This document shows positions 18,402 to 26,920 of a DNA stretch of 38,693 nucleotides, one piece after another. Each line of letters begins with the position of its first letter. Position 1 is the first letter of the stretch. The notes below the pieces were generated by a model, which saw only the letters and a list, made by a program, of their open reading frames with translations, was not told the origin of the DNA and searched no databases. The translations under genes were made by a program, and so were the position numbers. This stretch comes from Polyangiaceae bacterium (GTDB taxonomy: Bacteria; Myxococcota_A; Polyangia; Polyangiales; Polyangiaceae), in assembly GCA_025934595.1 (NCBI GenBank), contig JAICXU010000001.1, positions 1 through 38,693 on the forward strand, in the 5' to 3' direction.

Positions 18402-18416
18402 TGTTGCAGTGCAACA
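18402..18416 (-). promoter_or_regulatory. Putative PhaR operator: perfect 7-1-7 palindrome TGTTGCA-G-TGCAACA (core TGC-N3-GCA) upstream of phasin-phaC-SDR
   Basis: Read directly from the sequence. It sits in an AT-rich patch 9 nt upstream of the -35 element below. The TGC-N3-GCA core matches my recollection of alphaproteobacterial PhaR boxes. Confidence 0.55.
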
Positions 18417-18420
18417 AAAT

Positions 18421-18969
18421 CTATTTTCGACGCGCGCGTACGGTCTTCTTCAGCTTTTCGAGCTCGCGGCGAAGCTCGGCGACTTGATCCGCAGACGAAG
18501 CCGTCGAGACTGGCGGCGGCGGCGGCATCGGCGCGGCTTGCGGCGGCGGCCCCGGCTCCTGCGCTTGCGCCCATGGGTTCGATCCCATCATCATGCGAGC
18601 CAGCGCGTTGCCCGCGGAGAACGGCGCGGTCGCGAGCGGAACGTACGGCGAGAGCGCCTGCGCTTGCGAGCGCGCGCGCATGTAGATCTCGAGCGCCCAG
18701 GACATGTATCGGCCAAAAAACTCGGCCAATGCTTCGTTTTCGAGGCGGATCAACTGCGTCAGAAACGGCACCGGCAAGAGCCGCGCGCCGCCCCGGCTCT
18801 CGAGGATGATCTGCGTGAGTGTCGCCGCTGTCAGATCTTCGTCGGTCTTCGCGTCGACCACCGTGACATCGGCGCCGACTTTGATCTTGTGAGCGAGCTC
18901 GTCGAGCGTGATGTACTTGCTGTCGACGGTGTCGTAGAGGCGGCGGTTCGAATATTTTTTGACGATCAT
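18421..18969 (-). CDS. phaR: Polyhydroxyalkanoate synthesis repressor PhaR
   Basis: MIVKKYSNRRLYDTVDSKYITLDEL...VVDAKTDEDLT...LTQIILE matches the conserved PhaR N-terminal DNA-binding domain. Confidence 0.9.
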   Translation of the reverse strand: MIVKKYSNRRLYDTVDSKYITLDELAHKIKVGADVTVVDAKTDEDLTAATLTQIILESRGGARLLPVPFLTQLIRLENEALAEFFGRYMSWALEIYMRARSQAQALSPYVPLATAPFSAGNALARMMMGSNPWAQAQEPGPPPQAAPMPPPPPVSTASSADQVAELRRELEKLKKTVRARRK

Positions 18970-19050
18970 GCGCGGCAGCCACTATCGCACAAGGGTCCGA
19001 CACCGCAACCTGCACCTCGATCCGAGACCGGACGACCAAGGCGTGCATTT

Positions 19051-19065
19051 TTGTGCATTGCAACA
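19051..19065. promoter_or_regulatory. Putative PhaR operator 2 (TTGTGCA-T-TGCAACA; 12/15 identical to site 1) in the phaR / MFS divergent region
   Basis: TGCATTGCA is a 4-1-4 palindrome. The right half, TGCAACA, is identical to site 1. It is flanked by a GTGCATT direct repeat (19043-19049 and 19053-19059). Confidence 0.45.
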
Positions 19066-19069
19066 TTTT

Positions 19070-19102
19070 TGGCTTGACGATTGCGGTCGCCGGCCGTATT
19101 TC
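19070..19102 (+). promoter_or_regulatory. Candidate promoter for the 19164-28444 gene block: sigma54-like TGGC-N7-TTGC (19070-19084), overlapping a sigma70-like TTGACG-17 nt-TATTTC (19074-19102)
   Basis: TGGCTTGACGATTGC has GG and GC at the -24/-12 spacing. Alternatively TTGACG, then 17 nt, then TATTTC. The two readings are mutually exclusive and neither is verified. Confidence 0.3.
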
Positions 19103-19117
19103 ACGCCTCGCTCGGCT

Positions 19118-19132
19118 TGTTGCAGCGCACTA
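19118..19132. promoter_or_regulatory. Putative PhaR operator 3 (TGTTGCA-G-CGCACTA; left half identical to site 1), 32 nt upstream of the MFS start codon
   Basis: Contains TGCAGCGCA (TGC-N3-GCA). 12/15 identical to site 1. Confidence 0.35.
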
Positions 19133-19163
19133 GAGCGCCGCGTCGAGCCCCGGAGATCGCCCG

Positions 19164-20381
19164 ATGAATGCTCGCCCGCGTACGACCCTCGGCCTTTCCG
19201 CGCTCCTCCAAGCCGTCGGCGGCGGCCTCGGCTGGTCGCTGGTTCCTGCCGTGATGCCCGACATCGCAAAGGATCTGACGTTCGGGCACGCGAGCGCAGG
19301 TGCGGTCTTCGGCGCCGCGTCTCTCGGCATCGCGCTCGCCTCGCCCTTCGGAGGCAGCGCGGTCGATCGCTTCGGCGCGCGTCGCACGGCCGGATTCGCG
19401 ATGCTGTTCGGGGCGGTGACGTGCGGTTTGAGGGCGTTTGCGCATACGCCGGCCATTCTCGCGGCGTGCATGTTTCTCTTCGGGCTGCACATCGGATTCG
19501 TGGCGCCGGCCCTTCCCAAGGCTCTCTCTGCGCACGTGCCGCCGGCTCGCTTCGCGCGAGCGAACGGTCTCACCGTGCTCGCGTACACGTTCGGCACGGC
19601 GATCACGATGGTGACGGCGCGCACGTGGCTCTTGCCGTATCTCGGTGGTTGGCGACACGCGATGCTGTTTGCGGCCGGGGCAATGGCGCTCGCAGGCGTG
19701 GCGTGGCTCGTCTGCATTCGTGACGGATTTATTGCGACGCACCATGCGACCTTGCGATCGTCGTTCGCGCTTCTCGGAAATGGCGCCGTTCGGCGCGTCG
19801 CCGCCGCGCACTTTCTGCTCTTCGGGGGCTACCTCGCGCTCCTCTCGTCGCTCCCGCATCTGTTGATCGAAGCCGGCGTAGACAAGACGAAGGTCGGCAT
19901 TTCGATCGCGGCGTGGCTCGCAACGGCCGGTCTCGCGAATTTCGTGGGACCGTCATTTTCCGACCGCATGGAACGTCGCAAGCCCGTGATTTTAGGAGGA
20001 GCAGCGTTGGCGGGCCTCGCCCTGACCGCCGTCGCGTTCGCTCCGGCAGCACAAAAGCCCTTGTTTTTGGCGGTCGCGGCGATCGGTGGCGGCGCATTCG
20101 CTCCTCTTCTTTTGACGATCCCGTTTGAGCTGCCGGGCGTTGGCTTGGCGCGAGGCGGAGCGGCGCTCGGTCTCTTGATGATGCTCGGCCAGGTCGGTGG
20201 GTTCTTGCTCCCCGTCTTGGTTGGTGGAACATCTGAGGCCGCCGGTTTTCGGGCGGCGATCCTGACCCTCGCCATGCTCCATGCGTTCATCTTGATCCCC
20301 GCTCTCGGTCTGCCCGAGACGGGCCGTGCGGGCGATCATTCGGGCAGCGCTTGGCAAAAGAACACGGGCGACGTCGCGTGA
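19164..20381 (+). CDS. MFS transporter
   Basis: 405 aa, about 12 hydrophobic segments. MFS motif A-like GGSAVDRFGARRT between TM2 and TM3. Confidence 0.8.
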   Translation: MNARPRTTLGLSALLQAVGGGLGWSLVPAVMPDIAKDLTFGHASAGAVFGAASLGIALASPFGGSAVDRFGARRTAGFAMLFGAVTCGLRAFAHTPAILAACMFLFGLHIGFVAPALPKALSAHVPPARFARANGLTVLAYTFGTAITMVTARTWLLPYLGGWRHAMLFAAGAMALAGVAWLVCIRDGFIATHHATLRSSFALLGNGAVRRVAAAHFLLFGGYLALLSSLPHLLIEAGVDKTKVGISIAAWLATAGLANFVGPSFSDRMERRKPVILGGAALAGLALTAVAFAPAAQKPLFLAVAAIGGGAFAPLLLTIPFELPGVGLARGGAALGLLMMLGQVGGFLLPVLVGGTSEAAGFRAAILTLAMLHAFILIPALGLPETGRAGDHSGSAWQKNTGDVA

Positions 20382-20386
20382 AGATC

Positions 20387-21346
20387 ATGAAACGCGCGCG
20401 ATCGATTTGGCTTCTCGCGACATTCGGCGTCGCGATCGGCGCGCTCCTCGCGTGCTCGAGTGGATCGGATCGTCAGTGCACGGTCGGCGCGGACTGCGCG
20501 AGCGGCGCATGCAACGCCGACGGCACGTGCGTCGCGGTGGCGAGCGGCAGCACCGACGGCGGCACGAGCCTCGGTGACGGAGGATCCACCACCGGATCCG
20601 ACGGCAGCACGTTTCCGATCGACGCGTCGCCTCTCGCATGTGCGACGGACGGCGGCGCGCTCGGCCACGACAACGTCCCGATCGCAGCGGGTCTCACCGC
20701 GACCTTCGAGGTCGCGACGAACGAGACGGTAGATACGGCCGGCACCGACAACGGCGATGGCTCCAAAACATGGGATTTTACCGTATCGTTCGCGTCGGAC
20801 CAAAGCGTGATCGTGCAAACGCTCTCGCCGTCCGGCGCATGGTGGGCTCCCGACTTCACGACCGCCACGTACGCGTCGAAGCTCGTGCAAGCACAGAGCA
20901 CGCTCGGTGTCTTCGACTACGGCGCGAATTCGCTCGATCTCGTCGGCGTCGTTTCACCGACGAGCGACGGCGTCACCGAGACCGAGCTCACCTACGCGAC
21001 GCCGATCCCCATCCTCGCGTTCCCGCTCCACATGGCGCAGACGTGGTCGACGACGTCGAACGTCAGCGGCAAGTTGAACGGCGTCACGGCGCTCTACTCC
21101 GAGACCTACGACTCGAAGGTCGACGCGTACGGCACGGTGAAGACGCCCTATGGAAATTTTGCTGCACTGCGAGTAGGAACGTTGCTGACGCAAAATGCAG
21201 GCGCCGTCACGAAGACGCGCACCTACGCGTGGGTCACCGCGTGCTTCGGCACGATCGCGAAGGCCACGTCGACGTCGATGACGAACACGGGCACACCCGG
21301 CGAGAACTTCACGCAGACCGCGGAGCTCATGAGGCTTGCCCCGTGA
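20387..21346 (+). CDS. Lipoprotein A of an envelope module (paralog of 23918..24784), function unknown
   Basis: ATG 20387 gives MKRARSIWLLATFGVAIGALLAC (lipobox). Cys-rich CTVGADCASGACNADGTC, Gly/Ser/Thr linker. The conserved core shares WDF[TS]V, TYDxKVDAxGT, ALRVxT, CFGxxAxATS and F-T-x-[TA]-A-E-[LV]-x-R-L motifs with the downstream paralog. Confidence 0.7.
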   Translation: MKRARSIWLLATFGVAIGALLACSSGSDRQCTVGADCASGACNADGTCVAVASGSTDGGTSLGDGGSTTGSDGSTFPIDASPLACATDGGALGHDNVPIAAGLTATFEVATNETVDTAGTDNGDGSKTWDFTVSFASDQSVIVQTLSPSGAWWAPDFTTATYASKLVQAQSTLGVFDYGANSLDLVGVVSPTSDGVTETELTYATPIPILAFPLHMAQTWSTTSNVSGKLNGVTALYSETYDSKVDAYGTVKTPYGNFAALRVGTLLTQNAGAVTKTRTYAWVTACFGTIAKATSTSMTNTGTPGENFTQTAELMRLAP

Positions 21347-22323
21347 ATGCGGTACGCGAGCTGCTCTTTCGCCTAGGTCTGGGTCTAGGCCTCGGTCTTC
21401 TTCTCTGTCTCGAAGCAGGGTGCATGACTTTCCATCAAGGTCCGATGCCGGGCGAGCCGAAAACTGCGTCGTTCGCGAACGTCGAAGGCGTGCGCGTTCG
21501 CTACGTCGACACGGGCGGTGACAAGCCGGCCGTCGTTCTCATTCATGGATTCGCGTCGTCGCTCGATGCATGGGCCACCGTCATCCCCGAGCTCGCGAAG
21601 ACCCACCGCGTGCTCGCCCTCGATCTCAAAGGGTTCGGTTGGACCGATCGACCCGAGGGTGACTATTCGCCCGACGCCGAAGCGCAGCTCGTGCTGGCGC
21701 TCATGTCGCAGCGCAACATTCCACGCGCGGATCTCGTCGGGCATTCCTGGGGCGCGTCGGTGGCGCTCGCGGCGGCGATGCGCGCGCCCGATCGCGTGAA
21801 GCGTCTCGCGCTCTATGACGCGTGGGTCTACGAAGGCCAGCTTCCGGCGACGTTTCACTGGTCGCGCACGGGCGGCGTCGGCGAGATGCTGTTCGGTCTG
21901 TATTACAAGCAGCGCGCCGACGAGAAGATGGCGATGGCCTTCTACGATCAGAGGTACGTGACCGAGGAGCTCGTCGACGCGGTGGAAGAAGCGCTCGACA
22001 GGCCAGGCACCGTGGCGGCGGCGCTCGCGGCGGTGCGCGGACAGCGCTTCGCGGGCGTCGAGGCGAATTACCGTAAAATTCAGCAGAAAACGTTGCTTCT
22101 GTGGGGACGCGAGGATGCCGTCGCCACGCTCGATTTCGGCGAGCGGCTCGCGCGCGATCTGCCGAACGCACACCTCGTGGTGTATCCGCGCTGCGGACAT
22201 TTTCCGATGATCGAGGCGCGCGCGGAGTCGAATCGCGACCTCGTCGCCTTCTTGAGCGACGCGCCCGAGCCGACGACGACTAGCGAGAAACCCGCGCCTG
22301 GATCGAGCGAGGCCACGCCGTGA
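21343..22323 (+). CDS. Secreted alpha/beta-fold hydrolase (esterase/lipase-like), possible lipoprotein
   Basis: GTG 21343 overlaps the upstream stop (GTGA). (LG)4-containing signal peptide ending LEAGC. HGFASS oxyanion region, nucleophile elbow GHSWG, C-terminal CGHFPMIE His motif. Confidence 0.8.
   Translation: MNAVRELLFRLGLGLGLGLLLCLEAGCMTFHQGPMPGEPKTASFANVEGVRVRYVDTGGDKPAVVLIHGFASSLDAWATVIPELAKTHRVLALDLKGFGWTDRPEGDYSPDAEAQLVLALMSQRNIPRADLVGHSWGASVALAAAMRAPDRVKRLALYDAWVYEGQLPATFHWSRTGGVGEMLFGLYYKQRADEKMAMAFYDQRYVTEELVDAVEEALDRPGTVAAALAAVRGQRFAGVEANYRKIQQKTLLLWGREDAVATLDFGERLARDLPNAHLVVYPRCGHFPMIEARAESNRDLVAFLSDAPEPTTTSEKPAPGSSEATP
21373..21396 (+). repeat. Degenerate hexamer repeat CTAGGT CTGGGT CTAGGC CTCGGT, encoding (Leu-Gly)4 in the hydrolase signal peptide
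   Basis: Read directly. It shares the ttcgcCTAGGTCT lead-in with the 23951 repeat. Confidence 0.85.
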
Positions 22324-23915
22324 GAGGGTCGGCGCCGTTCGCTCATGCTCTCGCGCTCGGCGTGTTCGCGCTCGTGCTTGCGCAATCGAAGCGCGCGCGC
22401 GCGACGGGCTTCAGCGACCTCGGCGAGGACATCGTGCAGCGCGACAAAGTCGCGGTCACCGTCGACGGTTACTTGCGCACGCGCGGCACGGCCTACGGCA
22501 ACCTCGATCTCGATCGCGGCCCCACGCCTTCCGGGCAGCTCCTCTTTCCGGTCTCGCAGGCCGACCCGAAAGCGCAGTGGCTGACGAATTGGGACATGCG
22601 CCTTCGCACCGACATCGCGATCTATGCGCCCGGGCAAACCCTCGCCGTGAAGGTCCGCATGGACGCGCTCGACAATCTCGTTCTCGGGAGCTTGCCGAAC
22701 GGCGCGCCGTCCGCGACCACGTCACAAAACGCTCCAAATCAAGCGCTTTCGTTGAAACGCGCCTACGGCGAGGCGCTCCTTCCATTCGGTCTCCTCGCCG
22801 CAGGTCGCATGGGATCGCATTGGGGCCTCGGCATTCTCACGAACGGCGGCGACTGCCTCGATTGCGACAGCGGCGACGCGGCCGATCGCATCGCGCTCGT
22901 GACGCCGCTCGCGGATCACATCTTCGCGCTCGCCTACGATTTCTCCGCGATCGGTCCGCTGCAAGGAACGACGACGCAGCCGAATCACGTCGTCGACGTC
23001 GAGCCATCGGTGGACGTGCACACGCTCACGTTTGCTGCGATGCACTATAAAAACGATGCATCGCGAGAGCGGCGTCGACGTGCCGGTCGCACGACGGTGG
23101 AATATGGCGCGTACTTTTCGCATCGTTGGCAGAACGACGACATCCCTGCTTCGTATCTCCCCGTCGCGACGCCGGTCGCGGTCACGCCGGCGGAGGTGAT
23201 GCATCGCGGATATCAAGCGAACGCCGCCGACGCATGGGGACGCCTCACCTTCCCGGTCGCGCGCGTCGAGTTCGAGATCGCGTATTTGCAAGCATCGGTC
23301 GATCAAGCGTCGCTCCTGCCGGGCGCGCTCCTCCGCGATCCGGTGACGAGCCATCAGCTCGGCGCGGCGCTCGAGAGCGATGTCGGCGCGCCGGCGGATC
23401 GATTCGGGTTCGGGCTCGATATGGGTTACGCGAGCGGCGACCCGGCGCCGGGGTTCGGCGTGAATACGCCGGCAAACGCGCAGCAGCCGAAGCCGGGCGA
23501 CCTCGACGGGCCGCAAGCTTCGCCGCCGAACGACACGCGCGTCGACAACTTCCGCTTTCATCCGGACTACCGCATCGATCAAATTCTCTTTCGCGAGATC
23601 ATTGGCACCGTGACCGACGCCGCCTACGTTCGTCCGCACGTGCGCGCGCGCGTCGCGCAATGGACGAGCGCGCAAATCACGACGAGCCTCGCGGGCATCG
23701 CATCGACGGCAGCGAATGCGTCCTCGACGCCCGGAGGAGCGGCGCCGCTCGGCGTGGAGCTCGATCCGCAAATCGCCTATTCGGGCAGAGAAGGCCTCTT
23801 CGTCGCGCTCGAAGGCGGATGGCTTTTGCCGCTCGCCGGTCTCGACAATCCGCAACTTCACATGGACGCAAAAATGGTAGGCCTCGTGCGCCTGCGAATC
23901 GCGTTTCTGTTCTGA
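22320..23915 (+). CDS. Outer-membrane beta-barrel protein (porin/channel-like), function unknown
   Basis: GTG 22320 overlaps the upstream stop (GTGA). Signal peptide ALALGVFALVLAQS. Many amphipathic beta-strand segments. C-terminal ...LRIAFLF ends in Phe as in OM barrels. Confidence 0.65.
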   Translation: MRGSAPFAHALALGVFALVLAQSKRARATGFSDLGEDIVQRDKVAVTVDGYLRTRGTAYGNLDLDRGPTPSGQLLFPVSQADPKAQWLTNWDMRLRTDIAIYAPGQTLAVKVRMDALDNLVLGSLPNGAPSATTSQNAPNQALSLKRAYGEALLPFGLLAAGRMGSHWGLGILTNGGDCLDCDSGDAADRIALVTPLADHIFALAYDFSAIGPLQGTTTQPNHVVDVEPSVDVHTLTFAAMHYKNDASRERRRRAGRTTVEYGAYFSHRWQNDDIPASYLPVATPVAVTPAEVMHRGYQANAADAWGRLTFPVARVEFEIAYLQASVDQASLLPGALLRDPVTSHQLGAALESDVGAPADRFGFGLDMGYASGDPAPGFGVNTPANAQQPKPGDLDGPQASPPNDTRVDNFRFHPDYRIDQILFREIIGTVTDAAYVRPHVRARVAQWTSAQITTSLAGIASTAANASSTPGGAAPLGVELDPQIAYSGREGLFVALEGGWLLPLAGLDNPQLHMDAKMVGLVRLRIAFLF

Positions 23916-23917
23916 TC

Positions 23918-24784
23918 ATGATCACCAAGCGCACACAAACCCGTCTTCGCCTAGGTCTAGGTCTAGGTCTAGGTCTGAGTCTTCTCGCCTGCGGCGAGAA
24001 CCAAACCCACCCTGTTCGTGACGACTACGACGCCGGCGTCCCTGCTCCTCTCGCATGCGTCCCGAATCTCGATGGCAAGATCGACGCGAACGAAATTCAG
24101 CCTGCGATCGGAATCCCGCTTTCCTACTTGGTGTCGCCGGCGGGCGTCACGCGTGACGTGAACGTCGCGGGCACCGTCGACTCCGATGGCCATACGGTGT
24201 GGGATTTTTCGGTGGACTACGCGAACGACGAAGTCGCGCGGATCCAAGCGCAAAATCTCGCCGGAAAGTGGTACGCGTCGTCGTTTCCCGCGAGCGGATT
24301 CGTCGTCGCGCAAGACGCGGGTGACCGGCTCGAAGGCGTCATTCTCTTCGACGCGAGCGGATATCGGCTCGCCGGGCTCGCGTCGACCGACGAGAACCCG
24401 CCCGAGGGAAAGACGCTTTATGTGTATGATACACCTGTCGATCTGTTTCGATTTCCGATGACGCCCGGAGTCTCGTTCACGTCGACAGGAAACGTGCAGA
24501 ATGCAACTTTGCGCGGGCTGCCGTACGCCGGAAAGGACACGTACGACGTGAAGGTCGACGCGGCCGGCACGTTGATCTTGCCGTCGGTCACGTTCACGCA
24601 AGCGCTTCGCGTGCGCACGACGCTTACGGCGACGCCCGCGGCGGGACAACCGGCAACGACGCGCCAAGTTTCATTTCTCTTCGAATGCTTCGGTGAGGTG
24701 GCGCGTGCCACGAGCCAGACGAACGAGACGCAAGACGATTTCACGACGGCGGCCGAAGTTCGCCGCCTCGGACTTTTGCCATGA
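23918..24784 (+). CDS. Lipoprotein B of the envelope module (paralog of 20387..21346), function unknown
   Basis: ATG 23918 lies 2 nt after the barrel gene's stop. MITKRTQTRLRLGLGLGLGLSLLAC lipobox. Core collinear with lipoprotein A (see that entry). Confidence 0.7.
   Translation: MITKRTQTRLRLGLGLGLGLSLLACGENQTHPVRDDYDAGVPAPLACVPNLDGKIDANEIQPAIGIPLSYLVSPAGVTRDVNVAGTVDSDGHTVWDFSVDYANDEVARIQAQNLAGKWYASSFPASGFVVAQDAGDRLEGVILFDASGYRLAGLASTDENPPEGKTLYVYDTPVDLFRFPMTPGVSFTSTGNVQNATLRGLPYAGKDTYDVKVDAAGTLILPSVTFTQALRVRTTLTATPAAGQPATTRQVSFLFECFGEVARATSQTNETQDDFTTAAEVRRLGLLP
23951..23980 (+). repeat. Tandem hexamer (CTAGGT)x4 plus a degenerate fifth unit CTGAGT, encoding (Leu-Gly)n in the lipoprotein B signal peptide
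   Basis: Read directly: ctaggtctaggtctaggtctaggtctgagt. Confidence 0.9.
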
Positions 24785-24815
24785 CTAGCCTGACGAAGAG
24801 GCGCGGAGAAAAATC

Positions 24816-25103
24816 ATGATGACGTGGGACAGCTGGAAAAAAAGCTTCGACGTGTGGGAGAACGAGACCGCGAAATTTCTCGAGACGTGGGTGAAGAGCC
24901 CGCTCGTGCTCGGCCCGAGCGGCATGATGCTCACGCAGGCGATGAAGGCGAAGGCGCAATACGACAAAGCCCTCGCGCAATTTTGGGGCAGCGTCGGCTT
25001 GCCCACCAAGCGCGATCAAGAGCGCACGCTCCATCTCTTGAACAAGCTCGAATCGCGTCTGCTCGATCTCGAGGAGCAGCTGGAAGAGCAGCAGAAGGCC
25101 TAG
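24816..25103 (+). CDS. Small PHA synthase accessory subunit, PhaR(class IV)/PhaE C-terminal-like
   Basis: GGAG, then 7 nt, then ATG. The 95-aa product has [18 protein letters not shown] and [31 protein letters not shown]. This resembles the ...NVPTKEDIANV...LEEKVDRIEE region of Bacillus PhaR / PhaE as I recall it. Confidence 0.6.
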   Translation: MMTWDSWKKSFDVWENETAKFLETWVKSPLVLGPSGMMLTQAMKAKAQYDKALAQFWGSVGLPTKRDQERTLHLLNKLESRLLDLEEQLEEQQKA

Positions 25104-25122
25104 CCCTCGACCTCGACCTAGG
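25104..25122 (-). repeat. Inverted, degenerate copy of the same hexamer family (minus strand CCTAGGT CGAGGT CGAGGG) in the gap between the PhaR/E-like gene and the acyl-CoA synthetase gene
   Basis: Plus strand reads ccctcgacctcgacctagg, directly after the TAG stop at 25101-25103. Confidence 0.6.
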
Positions 25123-25141
25123 CAAAGACGGAGAACCCATC

Positions 25142-26920
25142 ATGGACATCACGCCCTACCTCGACATGAAGCCCGCGCCTCGCGCCGTGTTCGATTCGCT
25201 CTCGACCCGCGCGCACCTTCCGCGATTTTACGTACCGACGCCGGACGGCGGATATTCGCTCGTCACGTGGCAGGCGTTCGCGGACGAGATCCGCGACGTC
25301 GCGCTCTTCTTGCAGCCAATCCTCGGGAAAGAAGATCGCGCATGCGTGCTCGCGCCGAACTCGGTGGCCTGGGCCAGCGCGGCGCTCGCGATTCAAGCCG
25401 CGGCCGGCGTCATGGTGCCGATCTACCCGGCGTCGACGGCGGCGCAGATTGGTTATGTTGCAGCGCACAGTGACGCGAAGGTGGTCTTCGTCGACACGGC
25501 CGCTCTTCTGTCGCGCCTCTTCGACTGTTGGAGCGAGCTCGCGCACGTCGAGAAGATCGTGCTCCTGTCCGCTGCGGTGGACGCGCGAAAGACATTCGAC
25601 GACTGGCGCACGAAGACGAGCTCGAGCCAAAAAGAAGCTATTTCATCGGCGGACATCGCTGCTCGTGTCGTGTCGTGGCGCGAAGCGAAGGCGGCCGGGC
25701 GCGCCGCCCACGAGAAGAATTCGAGCGCGTTCGACGCGATGCTCTCGTCGGTGTCGCTCGATCAGCTCGGCATGATGCTCTACACGAGCGGCACGTCGGG
25801 CAATCCGAAGGGCGTTCCTTTGTCGCACCGCAACGTAGCGGTGAACGGGCAAGATTGGCTCGTCTGCAACGGACCGCAGCTCGGGGAAAACAACGTCGAC
25901 ATCCTGTGGCTTCCCATGAGCCACATCTTCGGCTTCGGGGAGATGTGCCTCGGCAACACGCTCGGGTTCACCACGTACCTCTCGGATCCGGCGACCTGCC
26001 TCACGAAGATGCCGGCGCTGAGACCGACGGTGTTCATGAGCGTGCCTTCGCATTGGGAGAAGCTCGCGCAAATGAGCATGCACGAGCCGACGCAAGAAGG
26101 TCGCGTGAAAAAATTCGTCGAGACGACGGGCGGCCGGCTTCGGTTTTGTTTGTCGGGTGGCGCGGGCCTCAAACGCGAGGTGAAGGATTTCTTCTACGCG
26201 TGCGGCGTACTCATCATCGAGGGCTATGGTCTCACCGAGACGTCGCCCACGCTCACCCTCAATCGCCCCGACGCATTTCGTTTCGATTCGGTCGGCAAGC
26301 CCTTGCCGAGCGTGGAGCTCAAGCTCGCCGAAGACGGGGAAATTCTCGCGCGCGGAGCGAGTGTGTTTCGCGGCTACCACAAGGACGAACCGGCGACGCG
26401 CGAAGCGTTCACCGCCGACGGCTGGTTCCAAACCGGCGACGTCGGCCGCTTCACCGACGACGGCTTTCTCCAGATCATCGATCGCAAGAAGGACATCTTG
26501 GTGACGGCCGGCGGCAAGAACGTGCCTCCTGCCAACATCGAGGTTCGCTTCGGGGGCGATCCGCTCCTCGCCCATGTCGTCGTCTACGGCGACGCGAAGA
26601 AGTTCCTCGTCGCGGGCGTGTGGCTGAACGAAGCGGTCGTGCGCGCCGAGCTCGAGTCGAAAGGCACGACGCCCGATCACATGAGCGCCGCGCGACGGGA
26701 GATCGTCGCCCAACGGATCGAGCGCGTGAACCAAGGGCTCGCGAGCTACGAGTCAATCAAGAAGTTCGCGATCATGAGCGAGCCGCTCACCGTCGAAGGC
26801 GGCCTTCTCACCGCGTCGTTCAAGGTGCGCCGCAAGAAGGTCTACGAGGCGTTCAAGCCGGCGTTCGAAGCGATGTACGCCGAAAATGATGCTCCGCGTC
26901 CCGCAGTGCAACATGCCTGA
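25142..26920 (+). CDS. AMP-forming long-chain acyl-CoA synthetase (FadD/FAA1-type)
   Basis: ATG 25142 follows GGAG. AMP-binding motif [12 protein letters not shown]; GYGLTETS; WFQTGDVG...DRKKD; C-terminal K in FKVRRKKV. The tracked start at 24824 overlaps the preceding gene out of frame. Confidence 0.85.
   Translation: MDITPYLDMKPAPRAVFDSLSTRAHLPRFYVPTPDGGYSLVTWQAFADEIRDVALFLQPILGKEDRACVLAPNSVAWASAALAIQAAAGVMVPIYPASTAAQIGYVAAHSDAKVVFVDTAALLSRLFDCWSELAHVEKIVLLSAAVDARKTFDDWRTKTSSSQKEAISSADIAARVVSWREAKAAGRAAHEKNSSAFDAMLSSVSLDQLGMMLYTSGTSGNPKGVPLSHRNVAVNGQDWLVCNGPQLGENNVDILWLPMSHIFGFGEMCLGNTLGFTTYLSDPATCLTKMPALRPTVFMSVPSHWEKLAQMSMHEPTQEGRVKKFVETTGGRLRFCLSGGAGLKREVKDFFYACGVLIIEGYGLTETSPTLTLNRPDAFRFDSVGKPLPSVELKLAEDGEILARGASVFRGYHKDEPATREAFTADGWFQTGDVGRFTDDGFLQIIDRKKDILVTAGGKNVPPANIEVRFGGDPLLAHVVVYGDAKKFLVAGVWLNEAVVRAELESKGTTPDHMSAARREIVAQRIERVNQGLASYESIKKFAIMSEPLTVEGGLLTASFKVRRKKVYEAFKPAFEAMYAENDAPRPAVQHA

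Noticed and set aside
23951-23980. CTAGGT tandem repeat as a CRISPR array, a mobile-element terminal repeat or a non-coding minisatellite
   Set aside because: The unit is 6 nt with no spacers. It lies inside a well-supported signal peptide in frame, and no transposase or cas genes are nearby.
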